Below the pieces are notes generated by a model. That model made no database searches. It was not told the origin of the DNA and was given only the letters and a program-made list of their open reading frames with translations. A program made the translations under genes and the position numbers. A stretch of DNA of 63,030 bases, filler included, from Hyphochytrium catenoides (Eukaryota; Protista; Hyphochytriomycota), in assembly GCA_900088475.1 (NCBI GenBank). It is 8 parts of 8 records of this genome, joined end to end, with 100 filler letters (N's around TTAATTAATTAA, not from the genome) between each part and the next. Parts side by side here need not be neighbours in the genome. Positions count along the whole stretch, not along the records: positions 37,873 to 45,911 come from FLMG01001625.1; positions 46,012 to 55,965 come from FLMG01004479.1; 6 more parts are not named here. One strand, written 5' to 3'. Numbering within the stretch: the first letter of the stretch is position 1; each line of letters opens with the position of its first letter. Positions 38,257 through 49,283 of this stretch are shown piece after piece.

Positions 38257-38646
38257 GGGGAGAGACAGAGAGAGAGAGACACACACAGAGAGAGAGATGG
38301 AGAGAGGAGAGGAGAGAGACAGAGAGAGAGAGGGAGGGAGGAAGAGAGAGACAGAGAGAGACAGAAAGAGAGAGAGAAGTGGTACAGTGTGGCGCCCCAA
38401 AAATCAAGAAAGCTCTCACATGAGGTCATCATAATAACATCAAAGAAGCTACTGCACTGCTGAGAACGGCGTGCTGAGTGGGCGGCGGATCATCGTACGA
38501 GTACCTACGACGCTTCAGAATCCTTTCTTCCTTCTTCAGAGGTTAACGCGCCCGCGCTCTCGTTTAACAGGAAAGCATCCGCAGCGGCAGTGACCAGTGG
38601 AAGTCAATATTCAAGGCACTTGGAAGGGGGATAGGGCAACAGAAAG

Positions 38647-40215
38647 ATGATGATGTCAATGGCTCTGCGCCGCCTGGCTTCTGCCAAAAGAGCCCCTTTC
38701 CTCCTTTCTGCAGCTGGAGCTCGGAAAGCTACCAGTGCACACACAGCAGCGAAAGCTCCATTCCCGTCTCTTATCATCAAAGCAGATGAGGTCGGAGCGC
38801 AAGGCTCATTTGCCGAAGCGCAAAGGAACTTTCTTGAGCCCGACCCTCAGACAGTCAAGGAACTGGATGCTCTTCTAAGCAAGAAAAATATGGGCGTGGT
38901 GGCTCATTTCTATATGGATCCAGAGCTCCAGGGCACTCTCTCCGCTCTCAAGTGGCCTCACGTCTTTGTCGCAGACTCCCTCGCAATGGGAGAAGCCGCT
39001 GGGAAAATGGGTCACGCTGGAGTCTCTGCTATTGCTTGCCTAGGTGTAGACTTCATGTCAGAGAGTGTGAAGGCCACTCTAGTAAGGGAGGGCTTCCCTA
39101 AAGTTCCAGTCTTTCGGCTGGCGGAGAAGCATATTGGCTGCAGTCTGGCCGAGTCTGCAGAGAGGAAGGCCTATACCGCATGGTTAGAGAAAGCATCAGA
39201 GACTCCTAACTCGCTTCATGTCGTGTATATCAACACATCTCTGAAGAGCAAGGGATATGCACATAACATTGTGCCTACCATCACCTGCACATCTTCAAAT
39301 GTGGTCCAGACCGTCCTCCAAGCGTTTGCTCAGATACCTGACCTCACTGTGTGGTACGGGCCTGACACCTACATGGGAGAGAATCTCTATAACATGTTCA
39401 AAATGGTAGCTGAACTCCCTGAGAGCCAGATCAAGCAGCTTCATCCTCTCCACGATAGGAAGTCTATTCTTAACGTTCTGGACAACTTCAACTACTACTT
39501 GCAAGGCAACTGCGTGGTTCATCACATGTTCGGAGAGGCAGTGACCTCTCCTGTTAGGCAGGAGTATGGCGATTGCTATTATACAGCGCACTTTGAGGTC
39601 CCAGGAGAGATGTTTGCGCTGGCTATGGAAGCACAAGTGCAAGGCAAAGGCGTCGTTGGTTCTACCTCCAACATTCTAAACTTTATCAAGGCGAAGACAG
39701 AGGAGGCAGCTTCACAGAACAAAGCAGAGCGCATTCGCTTTGTCCTAGGGACTGAAGCTGGCATGGTGACGGCCATTGTCCGTGGTGTGCAAAGCATTCT
39801 GAAGGCCAAGGGAGCGACAAAGACAGAGGTGGAGATCGTGTTCCCGGTCGCAGCGGACGCAATAGCGCAGGGCACGGAGCCTGATCTGCAGGTTGTCCCA
39901 GGCGTGGCAGGAGGGGAGGGCTGCTCGACCGCTGGAGGCTGTGCCACTTGCCCCTTCATGAAGATGAACAGTCTGGAGTCTCTGATGGACGTAGTAGAAA
40001 GCTATGAGCCAGCTCATCCCAACGCGTTGGAGAAATTCAAGCCTAGCACGTATGCTGGCCTTATTAACCATAGGAAGGTGACGGACGTAGGTGTTACGCC
40101 TATTCAGCATATGAGAGACTTTATGAAGGCAGCACAGCTGTCTGAGTCTCTAGTGTCTGACGTGACGACGAGAAAGAAGGGATTAGGCGCACCAGAGGTT
40201 AGACTAGCGGCATAA
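38647..40215 (+). CDS. nadA: Quinolinate synthase (NadA, 4Fe-4S), intronless, with an organelle presequence-like N-terminus
   Basis: VVAHFYMDPE, DSLAM, GVDFMSES, GCSLAE, VVYINTS, TCTSSN, GPDTYMGENL, CVVH, AHFE, GSTS, GTEAG, CPFMKMN. The three cluster-binding Cys are present. Confidence 0.96.
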   Translation: MMMSMALRRLASAKRAPFLLSAAGARKATSAHTAAKAPFPSLIIKADEVGAQGSFAEAQRNFLEPDPQTVKELDALLSKKNMGVVAHFYMDPELQGTLSALKWPHVFVADSLAMGEAAGKMGHAGVSAIACLGVDFMSESVKATLVREGFPKVPVFRLAEKHIGCSLAESAERKAYTAWLEKASETPNSLHVVYINTSLKSKGYAHNIVPTITCTSSNVVQTVLQAFAQIPDLTVWYGPDTYMGENLYNMFKMVAELPESQIKQLHPLHDRKSILNVLDNFNYYLQGNCVVHHMFGEAVTSPVRQEYGDCYYTAHFEVPGEMFALAMEAQVQGKGVVGSTSNILNFIKAKTEEAASQNKAERIRFVLGTEAGMVTAIVRGVQSILKAKGATKTEVEIVFPVAADAIAQGTEPDLQVVPGVAGGEGCSTAGGCATCPFMKMNSLESLMDVVESYEPAHPNALEKFKPSTYAGLINHRKVTDVGVTPIQHMRDFMKAAQLSESLVSDVTTRKKGLGAPEVRLAA

Positions 40216-40948
40216 GGAGGAAAAAAAGAGAGAGTGAGCTGACTTTAGGGTTAAGTAACGGATCATGAATGTTATGGTTGGCAGTGTGATTTCCATTAAT
40301 CTTCACAGCGTCCTCCACGTCGCCCATAACGCAAAGTTCCATTTGAGCAAAGGATGGAGAGGGAGAAAGAGAGAAGCAGTAGTTGGCTGGAAGGCCTTCT
40401 GCATCTGCAGAGATGTTGTCAGGGCGTCGGCAAAAAGCCGCTACGATGATCTGCGTCTCACGCTCCTTTCTCCTTGGTCCACCTTATTCTAACCATGTAG
40501 CTGTACTGCTCTCGGCAAAATTCCTGCTGCTTAACAATCTTGGCAAGCACCCTAGAAATAGTCTACCTCTATTTTCCAGGCAGCAGGCATTTTGTCTGCG
40601 GATGTATTCACAGCCTAAGCCTAGTACACCTGCACCTTCTTTCTCTTCTTCTTCCCAAGTTCTAACGGTGCTCTGTCTGCGTTTTCTCTGTCTTTGTTCT
40701 TCTCCCTCTCTTCCTCTCACTCACTCACTCTCTCTCTCTCTGTCTATCTCTTTCCCCTTTTACTATCCTCAACTACTGCTGCAAGCAGCCCTCTCCCTTA
40801 AAAAACATAAAGCAGCTTTCTTGCAACGTAATTCAACAGAAACGCCTCTGTATGCTTCAGCATTCCCATATTCTTCCGTCGGGTTCAAGGCGTGCAGCTA
40901 ACCCTACGGGGCTATTACGTAGATATATATTGTGTATGTCCCAAAGCT

Positions 40949-43225
40949 TTATTGGAGGGCACACTCCTGTGACTCCTTAGCAGTATTGCTGGTAGGCGGT
41001 GGGGGAGGCAGAGGCGAAGAAGAGAATTGTCGCAACCTCTCAGAGTCAGTCAACAGAGCATTCAGTGCGAGCAGGGTGTTGTCATAGACACTGGGGTTGG
41101 ACTGATATTTTTCCATAGCTTTCTGGCACAATTGTACGGCGCCATGACCCCGAACCATGGCCCTGATACGATCTAAGAACAGGCAAGAGAGGACGAGGAC
41201 CAAAAACGGCGTCAGTTCAGTGACAAAGGAATTCCCTGTTAGTACCTCACTCCTCACATCCTAGCAAAGTGATGAGCTTAAGGTTGGCTTGGCCATGCTG
41301 TGCAGACAGCTTGGCACTTGTAAGGTTACTCCTGTTGCCTCTCTTACCGTCCTTATTGCTAAAGCTGGCGAGCGCCCAAGCTGCAGCTGACTGGATGATC
41401 GCATCCTCTTCAAATCTTTGCATGGCTTGTATGATAGTCGTTATCCCGTCCTTCTCAGCGATTTCCAATAAGCTGTCATCTGGAGGATACCGGCACCACA
41501 CGACGTGTTAGGAGGAGCCCAAGCGGCACCCATAAACAGATAGACCTGGATATGTTCTCCATGTAACGACGAGTTCAATGAACTGTTTGACTATATATAG
41601 GAGTTGTAGACCTTAGCAGCGGCAATCAAAGCAACAGCACAGCATCGTACAAGTTTCCCGAGCACATATGCAGCACGCTTGATAGAGGATTGAAGCAGAG
41701 AAAGAACTGAGAAGTCGAACCGTTCTTGTATGCTAAATTGGCCATTGCCAGGCATCCCAGGCCCTGGATACGCACACTCTCTGAAAACTGTCGCATTGCC
41801 GCCAGGACCAAGCTCCGACTTGTGACTGTCACACGCAGGAAGCCATCCACATCTAGGGTACAGAGTAACCCAATCAATAATTGGTTGAACCCGATCATCA
41901 GGGTCGACATAAGGGAGACATAAAGTAGAGGTTGCAAAGTCCAGCAAGGATATAGCAAGTGTTATGGAAGTGCAGGTTAAGGTAGTAACAGGGAGATGCA
42001 TTTATTAGGGCGAGCGACCTAGCGGTGCCCGATTGGGGGCGACAGAGAGACGTAACAGGGCACAAAGTAGGTTTTTAAAGCAAATAGGAAAGAAATGAGG
42101 CGAGGGAAGAGGCAGCAGATCTTCTTTCTAATGCTAAGAGGATGAGGAATTACTTCGTAGTTAGTAGAGTGACAGCCTCAAAATAGTTGTACAAAGGGAT
42201 CTTTTACCATTGATTCTGGGATTGCCTAGGATCCCCAGCCCCGCGGCTTGCGCCTCTTCATCAGCTGCTAACAATGTCATGGCGTTTAGCACAACGGCGT
42301 CATCTCCATTGCCGACCATGCTGAGAAAGACATCGTCTAGCGTAGTTCAGAGTATATGATGAGTGTGGCTACTTTTAATGGGAGCAAGATGATACGATAA
42401 TAGGAGAGGTCATGGTAGACGAAAGACATAGAAAGGAGGTGAAGGTCGTACCAGTGAAGGCATAGACTAGGGAAACTGAGCAAGGGATTGTTGTGAGTCA
42501 GAGAACAGATGAAGAAAGCAATCTCGCAGTGCCACAATGACAGAGGATTTCAGAAGCATCCTGGACAAGATAAAAGTTTGCAACTCCATCTCTTTGCTCT
42601 AGGAGACAGCAATAAGGCATCTTTCAAAGAAATGTTCAAACTGGAGAAAGAGGCAGATGGAGAGAGACACCACCTGACGTCTTGGCTAGTCTGGCAAGGG
42701 CTAATAGCCCGGCCTTCTGTATGCGAGGTGCAGCAGGAAATGACCTCATAGCTCGCAACAGTGATAGAACTGTCCGATCTTCTGAACTTTTCTTGCTAGT
42801 GCTCTCTTCTAACCCTGACCGCCAGCAGATATCCTTTGTTAGCGGCTCACCCATCGAAGTTATTCTCTTTCTCTGTCTCCGCTCCTTTGTCACTGTCTCT
42901 CTAGCTCTCTCTGCCTCTCTCTCTCTCTCTCATAATTCAATGTACCGCCGCGCCACTCGGACACTTGTCCTTAAGTCCTCTCCGTGCCAGCAGTCTACCT
43001 GCCTACAAATGAAAAAAAAAAATGAAAGTTCTTACCAACAGCTTTGTCGGCTGCGGCAGGATCATTTTCTGCAGTCTTGAGCTTCATTGGGACTGCGAGA
43101 GGGACATCAAATGAACGGACATCAATGAACGTGAGAGACCCCACACAGATGGCGGAAGCAACGCAAATGGTTTGACCTCGCAAAAGGTAGAAGGGACCGA
43201 CGAAGAGAAAAAAGAGCAACAGAGA

Positions 43226-43261
<36 letters not shown>

Positions 43262-44180
43262 AAAAAAAAACAGAAGGAAGAGAGAAAGGCGGGGAGGCCG
43301 CGTGCGCTGGTTGGTTTTCATCTCTTGGCTGGCTTTATCCGCCTGTGCCTCTGCCTTGCATCCTTCTCTTACCGTTCTCTATCGTTCCTTGCGCTCTTGC
43401 GGTAGAGTGAGAGAGGAGAAACTCACAGCCTCTTGCCTGCAGTGCAGGATCTTCAGGGAACTGCTCCATGACCGCAGCGACCTCGTCGACGTTGTCTGTT
43501 GTCCTTCTCATTGCAGCTTTAAGGGCATTCATGGCTGCTTTGTCCGTTATTGGTTCTCTGCCTAAGAAGAGGCATTGCGTTAACAAGAAAGTGGGAGAGA
43601 GAGCCGCGAACGAGAAAGAAGAAAGAGCCAAGAAGACAGCTGATGCAAGCACTGAGAGAGAAACAGCTGCTTGACAAGAGAGAGAGTGAGAATAAGGAAA
43701 GAATGAAGATAACTCTACCTGCCGATCCATACTCTGAGACTGGAGGAAGAAGAGAAATCCTCTGCGGCTTTTCCTTCTCTTTCTGTCTATCAGCTCCATC
43801 TTCCTCCTTCTCTCTCCCGGAGTCCCGCTCGTCTCTATCTGTTCCACCTCCTTCCTTTCCGCTTGCTTCCACACCGGAGGTAAGCTCTGACTCTGATCCT
43901 TCCTCTGGTCTCCTAGAAGCGTCGCTCTGGTGCCGCGGGCTGCTCTCACTCTCCTCAAATAGTACTCTCTCCTCTTCTTCCTCTTCCTCCGTGTACTCTT
44001 CTACTTCACTGTGTTCCTTAGGCATAAGAGGAGGAGCGGGTTGATACTCTTCATATTCCTGAGGAAGAGGAATGTCGGGGGAAAGGACCAGAGCAGCCTC
44101 TATGGCCACCATGGTCAGCGCTGACGGGGTGTCGATCTGAAAGAAGTGGCGCGGAGAAAGGTGTTTAGTCTTCCTGTCTA

Positions 44181-44225
<45 letters not shown>

Positions 44226-44923
44226 TTCTTTCTTTCTCCCTCTCACTCTCTTGCTGTCGCTGTCCCTCTATTGCTCTTTCCCGGCCTTTCTACTGTGCCA
44301 CACGCTGTCAAACTGTCTCTCTCAGCTCTGTATCTCCTTTCTCTCTCTCTCTGTGTTTCTTTCTCTCTCTGGCTATTCTTCCCCCTTCCCTCCCTCTTTG
44401 TCCCTCTCTCTCCTTTTTAACAACAAGTATCTCGCGCTACCCTGCTGTCTCTTGTACGTTCCATTCTCTGTCTCTTCCCTTTTACCACGTCCCTCGGCCT
44501 TAGTCTACTGCTCTTTCTCTAATATCTACCACTCCTACTGTTCATCATTCTCTCTCTCTTGTCTCTCTTTTCCCATGGCGCTCTCTATCTCACCTTATTG
44601 ACTAGATGAGCCTCTAGTACTCTGAGAACGTTTCGACAGAGCTTGAGCTGCCTGAGCGCCATCTGGAGCGTTGGCCAGAGCTTGTCTGCCCTTAAATCCT
44701 TCAAAAAGCCACTGACGCTTGCGGTGTCTAGGGCAGAGGTTAGAGCCTCATCTTGCTGCAGAATGACCGGGTTGTCCAGCAACAACAGCGTGCAAAGCGA
44801 TGCAATGTCGAAGGATCCGTCCATCGGCCGGTGAAGCTCCGGGTTTAGCTGGCTGTGCATCCCCCGGACGACCTCCAGCACTGGATGCTTGCTTGGTGGC
44901 AGATTATACATTGGCAGTGCCAT
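40949..44923 (-). CDS. Armadillo-type repeat protein, multi-exon, with acidic linker; 5' end uncertain (may extend to about 45110)
   Basis: Repeated helical units VAAVMEQFPEDPALQARGC, LLRAMRSFPAAPRIQKAGLLALARLA, VLAAMRQFSESVRIQGLGCLAMANLA, IIQAMQRFEEDAIIQSAAAWALASFS on GT-AG-bounded exons. Confidence 0.8.
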
Positions 44924-45717
44924 GCTAAGAAAGCGCTTGGCGTGAGCTTGTTGCAGAGCTATAGAGCTGTAGGAAGCTCTTTTATGTGAGAAGAGGACTT
45001 CTCCTTGGCATGAAGCTGAAGAAAAGTCTTACTTCCAACGCTCTAGCTGAGCCCCAAGAACAGTGATAGCAAAGGCCAGAGGACATAACGCATCCTTTTT
45101 CCCAGATTCCAGCTATGCTTGGACGCTATTTTGCTGTGAGAAGCTCACTCAGTAGCAGATTTTGGCGCGGCTGATAGATTTCTGAAGACGCAATAACTGC
45201 GCTTAACGCTTCAGAAACTCAGAATATAGTTATTGTGGCTGTTCGAAACCTATCGTTAGCGGCTACTCGGGTGATTCTCTCCCCCCCTCTCTCTCTCTCC
45301 CCTCTCTCTCTGTCCTTCCTCTCCCTCCCGCTCTCTTCCTCTCAACACTTCTCTCTCTCTCTCTCTCNNNNNNNNNNNNNNNNNNCCCTCCTCTCTCTCC
45401 CTCTCCCTCTCCCTTTCTCTCTCTCCAGCTCTTTTGCCATTCTGGCCTTGCTTGAGCTTTTCTCTCTTCTTTCCTCACGATCTCTGTTATTATAAAACAG
45501 AGCGGAAGGAGGTGAAGAGAGAAAAGACAAGAGAGCGGGACGGAGAGCGAGCAGAGAGTGAGTGCCTCTGATGAGCCTCACGAGGAGTTCTCACAGCTCC
45601 CACTGGCCACGGCAACTATGAAGGCAGATGATTCCGGTCTCTCTCCCTCTCTCTTTCTCTCTTTCTCTCTCCGTTCCTAGTCTCCTGTCTCCGGCGAGCT
45701 CTCACTTAAGATCATAG

Positions 45718-46011
45718 ATGTCTGACTTCTGGTACTGGGAGGACGAGCGCGCGACGGCTCTCTCCTTCTTCAAACTCCTGCACTCAGTGCCGCAGCAGGA
45801 TGATCTTGAGGTGAAGGCTTCCACACTCCAGGGCGCCGGTCTAGGTTGCTGACTATCTCCCCCTCAGTTTGCCTCTTCTCGTCTCTCGCTCTCGTCTCCT
45901 GCTCTCTCTCTNNNNNNNNNNNNNNNNNNNNNNNNNNNNNNNNNNNNNNNNNNNNTTAATTAATTAANNNNNNNNNNNNNNNNNNNNNNNNNNNNNNNNN
46001 NNNNNNNNNNN

Positions 46012-46044
<33 letters not shown>

Positions 46045-46397
46045 CCAGGTCATCAGTTCCTGCTTACCTTTGTTGGTCCGGAAGTCTCTAAGACCAGAGA
46101 GAAAATCAAGCTCTCAGAGGCTTTCCAGGCTAACCTGTTCAAGGGGACTGCCCTAGAGTTTTTGCAGAGAGAGAGAGAAAGAGAAAAAAAGGATGCAGAC
46201 GAGGGAAGAGAGAAGACCAGCAAGACCATATTTATAGGTTATAACACAGGCTACGGGAGCTTTGTCGAGACAGAGGACCTGCGGCTCCTTAGAAGCTGGC
46301 TGGCTGACCTCTACGCGCTGGCAGAGACTGGAGAGACAGTGATATTCACTTGCGCCAACGACTACTCAGGTAGGAAAAGGGAGATACCAGCAAGAAA

Positions 46398-46433
<36 letters not shown>

Positions 46434-47980
46434 CAGTGAGGGTCTGAGACTGCGGAGGGATATGTGGGAAGCATATGGGTAGAAGAGAGAGAGTAAGGGG
46501 CAGAAAGAGAGACAGAGAAAGAGAAAGAGAAACAAGGGAGAGAGAGAAAAAAGGAGTAAGGAGGGTGGAATAATGACCCATGTATCTATGACCTTGAACT
46601 TGAGGATAACATTGCATGAAGACCTAACCCTCCCTCCTTATCTCTCTTTCCCTCTCTCCTTTTCTCTCTCTCTCTTTCTCTCTACGTTGATGTTCTTCGC
46701 TCTCTCCCTATCTATCTCTCTACACTTCCCTCTTTTCTATCCGCTGTCACACTCACCCCACTTCCTCTTTTGAACTCTTCTCCTCTTTCTTTGTCCCCGA
46801 ACTCTCCTTCTCTCTCTCCCTCCGCTCGCTCCCAGACATGCAGGGAGAGTTTGTCGTACAAGCCAAGATCATTCAATCAAAGTTCCTTCTCCTTCCCAAG
46901 AGAAATCCCTTTCCCGCAGCCTCGTACCTCCATGAGAAAGGAAAGAGAGACACCTCGTGGAGCTGTGCCAATAGTTTTCTCTATGCTGTTAAAGGCTTTA
47001 GGCGGAAGACTGGTCCACAGTTCCGTCTCTCTCCCTCTTCTCCGTACCTGCAGAGCGTGGACCGTCTTTCTCCTCTTCTCTCCTTGGACAAGCTGACCCT
47101 CAGCGATGACTTAGGCAGAGTGTTGGTGGGTGGATCAGTGCTGACTGCAGAGGAAGCGCGGCGCGTGAGAGAAGAGGAAGAGAAGAGAAACAGAAGCCAG
47201 AAAGAGAGACAGTTGCAAGTATTAGAGCTGACACGAGACGGCTATTTTGACGCCTCAGGAGCCAATGGAAGAAAAGGAGAGGAGAAGGGACAGCCTTCTC
47301 TCTCTTCTCTCTCCTCTGGACCTTCCCCAGACGACCTGAAAGGGGCAATAAAAGAGCTCAAGGCAATAAATCTGAAAGAGGAGAAGAAAGACGGAGTAAC
47401 AAACCCGCTTGTCTTCCTCTCCAACGCTCATGAAGAGGAAAAGGAGGACCATGCAGCTCAACGAGACGATGACCTGACTCCTGCTGTGCCTGGAGAAACA
47501 GTGGACAGAGAGAGAGATGGGCGAAAGACAGAGGAGGAGACTGAGAAGAAACCCACAACGGTTCAGGCTGGACATGAAGACAAAGCGAGAGAGAGTGAGA
47601 GAGAAACAAAAGAGAGCTCTCCTACCGCTGAGTATGTTAGACTAGGAGAGGAGCTCTGCGTGAAGGTTTTGCTCCCCAGTCTGCAGTCCATCAATCAGCT
47701 AGAGTTAGACCTCTCGGGCCATCAGATGGTCCTCACTTTCCGTCCTCAACAGCGGGAGCCCGAGGAGAAAGAGGCAAAGAAGAGAGAGAGATTAGTAATC
47801 TCTCTCCCTTTCGAAGTGCTGCCCAATACAGCGAAGGCTTCCTTCAGCAAGAAGACCAAGACTCTCAAGGTCAAGTTGAGGCCAAAGCAACCTTTTCCCA
47901 CGAATGTGAAGGAGAGAGAAGTGAGAGAAGCCACAACGAGCGCTCAGAGCTCCGCCAGCGCTGCTGCTAGAGGATACTAG
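45718..47980 (+). CDS. MSS51/ZMYND15-like C-terminal domain fused to a C-terminal CS (PIH1/Kintoun-like) domain; spans gap 45912-46011, start uncertain
   Basis: Exon 46049-46369 gives LLTFVGPEV...IFIGYNTGYGS...SWLADLYAL...VIFTCAND. Exon 46836-47980 gives PKRNPFPAAS...ANSFLYAVKG, then LCVKVLLPSLQSINQLELDLS...LVISLPFEVLPNTAKASFSKKTKTLKVKL. Confidence 0.75.
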
Positions 47981-49283
47981 CCAAGGATAGAAGGAGCACG
48001 GACAAGAAGGAGGCTGGCGGTAGATGCTGGAGAAAGCGAGGCCGGAGCACACAATTCCATCAAAGAGAACAAAGATCTTTCCTGCTAACTTGGAAGAGAG
48101 AGACGATGAGACAGAAGAAAAGTGAGAGGAGAAAGAAAAGAAAGAGACAGTTCCTCTCGACAGTGCTGCTTTCGTAAGATAGTTGCTATGCTCTATTGTC
48201 TGCAGTTATAAACCTCTGGCCCTAAAAGGGTCTGTCTGTTCATCCTTTGTTCATGTGCTCATTATCTTATCTACTTGCTGGACTGGGCGTCTGTTTGTCC
48301 ACGTGTTCGCTTTATCTGCCGCGTGCCTCCCAAGGATGTCAGGGCTTTATAAGAGTGAAAGGATCGCTGCTTGAAGTCTCGTGTACCTGCAGGCGTCGCA
48401 TCATGATCCCATTACGAAGCTTAATCTACCTACGTTTCCTGGTTTATATAGCACCTGTGGCTAGTGCTCAGCCTCATGTCTTCAATTACTAAGTAGGGCG
48501 CGCTCTCTCTGCCGAGGCCCTCTGCTATCTGTAGCTGCATCTCAGTCCCACATCCTCAGGTACTTCTACGTAGAGTATTCGTCTACCTACACCTCCTGGT
48601 CTCTGCAACAAGCGTAGCTGCACCTCAGTCTCAAGTACTTCGCCTACATATACCCTTTGTCGGCTTAACAGTACCCCTGAGTCTTCACTTTCTCTGCGAA
48701 GATTGCCGCTCATCGGGCGTCAGCCGCTTGGCGCCAAATTTTCCGATATCAGGACAGCTTAAATCTCTATTGGAATGATTCCTGAGGATAAAGCAATAAG
48801 ACTAGGTTATTTAGAATCCAAATGGACTTGTGCAGGTTGGGTATGGAGGGAAGCGCCAGGGTTTGAACTTTCAAATTCACGCACGGAAATGGCTCAGAAA
48901 GGTTTCCCAAAACTGAAACAACCCAAACCAGAGCTAACGCCTATTCTGTAATGAACACAAAGCTAACCTGGTAAAGAAGGCCATAAAGTGTTATTTATTC
49001 AAAATATGCTTTCTTACTTTCGGGTGCGACGATTTGGCAGATTTCGAGCCCAGCATTTTAGGGCTTTTAGACAGCCGTCAGGACTTTCAGTCATTGAGAA
49101 ATCTGCAGAGCTTCAGACAGAGACTCAAAGGCTGCAGACAAGAGCTTCACAGACTCTTTTCAGAGAATCCCCGCGCAGCCCAGTAGCCTGTCCTGAAGCT
49201 CTCTCAACCTCTGGTGGCACCCGCAGCTTCCTCAGTCGTGGTCTAGGTTCCAGCACTCTTGGCTATTTCCTTGGCAAGTGAAG

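Noticed and set aside
45568-45600. CTGATGAG as a hammerhead ribozyme core
   Set aside because: No GAAA after stem II and no closing stems.
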